Below are positions 63,808 to 64,000 of a stretch of 64,000 bases of DNA, piece after piece. The stretch's first letter is position 1; the number at the start of each line of letters is the position of its first letter. The position numbers and the translations under genes are program-made. A model generated the notes under the pieces. That model was given only the letters and a program-made list of their open reading frames with translations, was not told the origin of the DNA and did no database searches. Origin of the DNA: Nymphaea colorata (Eukaryota); the NCBI RefSeq assembly GCF_008831285.2, contig NC_045138.2, forward strand, positions 15,066,001-15,130,000, in the 5' to 3' direction.

Positions 63808-64000
63808 CGATTATCCGGAGAGGATTCCGGCGAGCTCGGGCGATAAGATGCTCCTCCCTCCCCGCCGGGTTCCCGCTTATTTAGGCACCGGAAAGATGCT
63901 TAACGCGCTCCCAATTGATATGACCAAAATACCCTTGAGACTAACGAACGAAGCTTTCCATGAGGTTGGGTTTTGAAAAAACATGGATCTAAGAATCTAA

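Overview
Eukaryotic, plant (angiosperm-like) nuclear DNA with GT-AG spliced genes and (TA)n/(GA)n microsatellites; I saw no prokaryotic features, rRNA, tRNA or CRISPR. In order: two minus-strand purine permease (PUP) paralogs, one disrupted and one intact; an inverted pair of hAT-like MITEs; a Ty1/copia gag relic; a 4-exon bZIP gene; a DUF247 pseudogene fragment; a 2-exon TMK-type LRR receptor kinase; a 314-bp LTR-PPT-LTR mini-retroelement with a perfect 5-bp TSD; a decayed PLS-type PPR gene; a ~5 kb tandem duplication whose unit holds a CLV3-like CLE peptide gene plus an NDR1/HIN1-like gene; a third NHL gene; and a 4-exon AIFM2/FSP1-like oxidoreductase. The duplication is the most interesting part, and the ORF track largely misses its CLE genes. 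Copy A keeps a canonical CLV3-type peptide (RQVPSGPDPLHH) but its NHL is broken. Copy B keeps an intact NHL, while its CLE peptide has changed (SQVPSGPNPLHH) and sits behind replaced upstream sequence. Exon boundaries were derived by hand from splice signals and frame continuity; family assignments come from motif recognition, not database searches.
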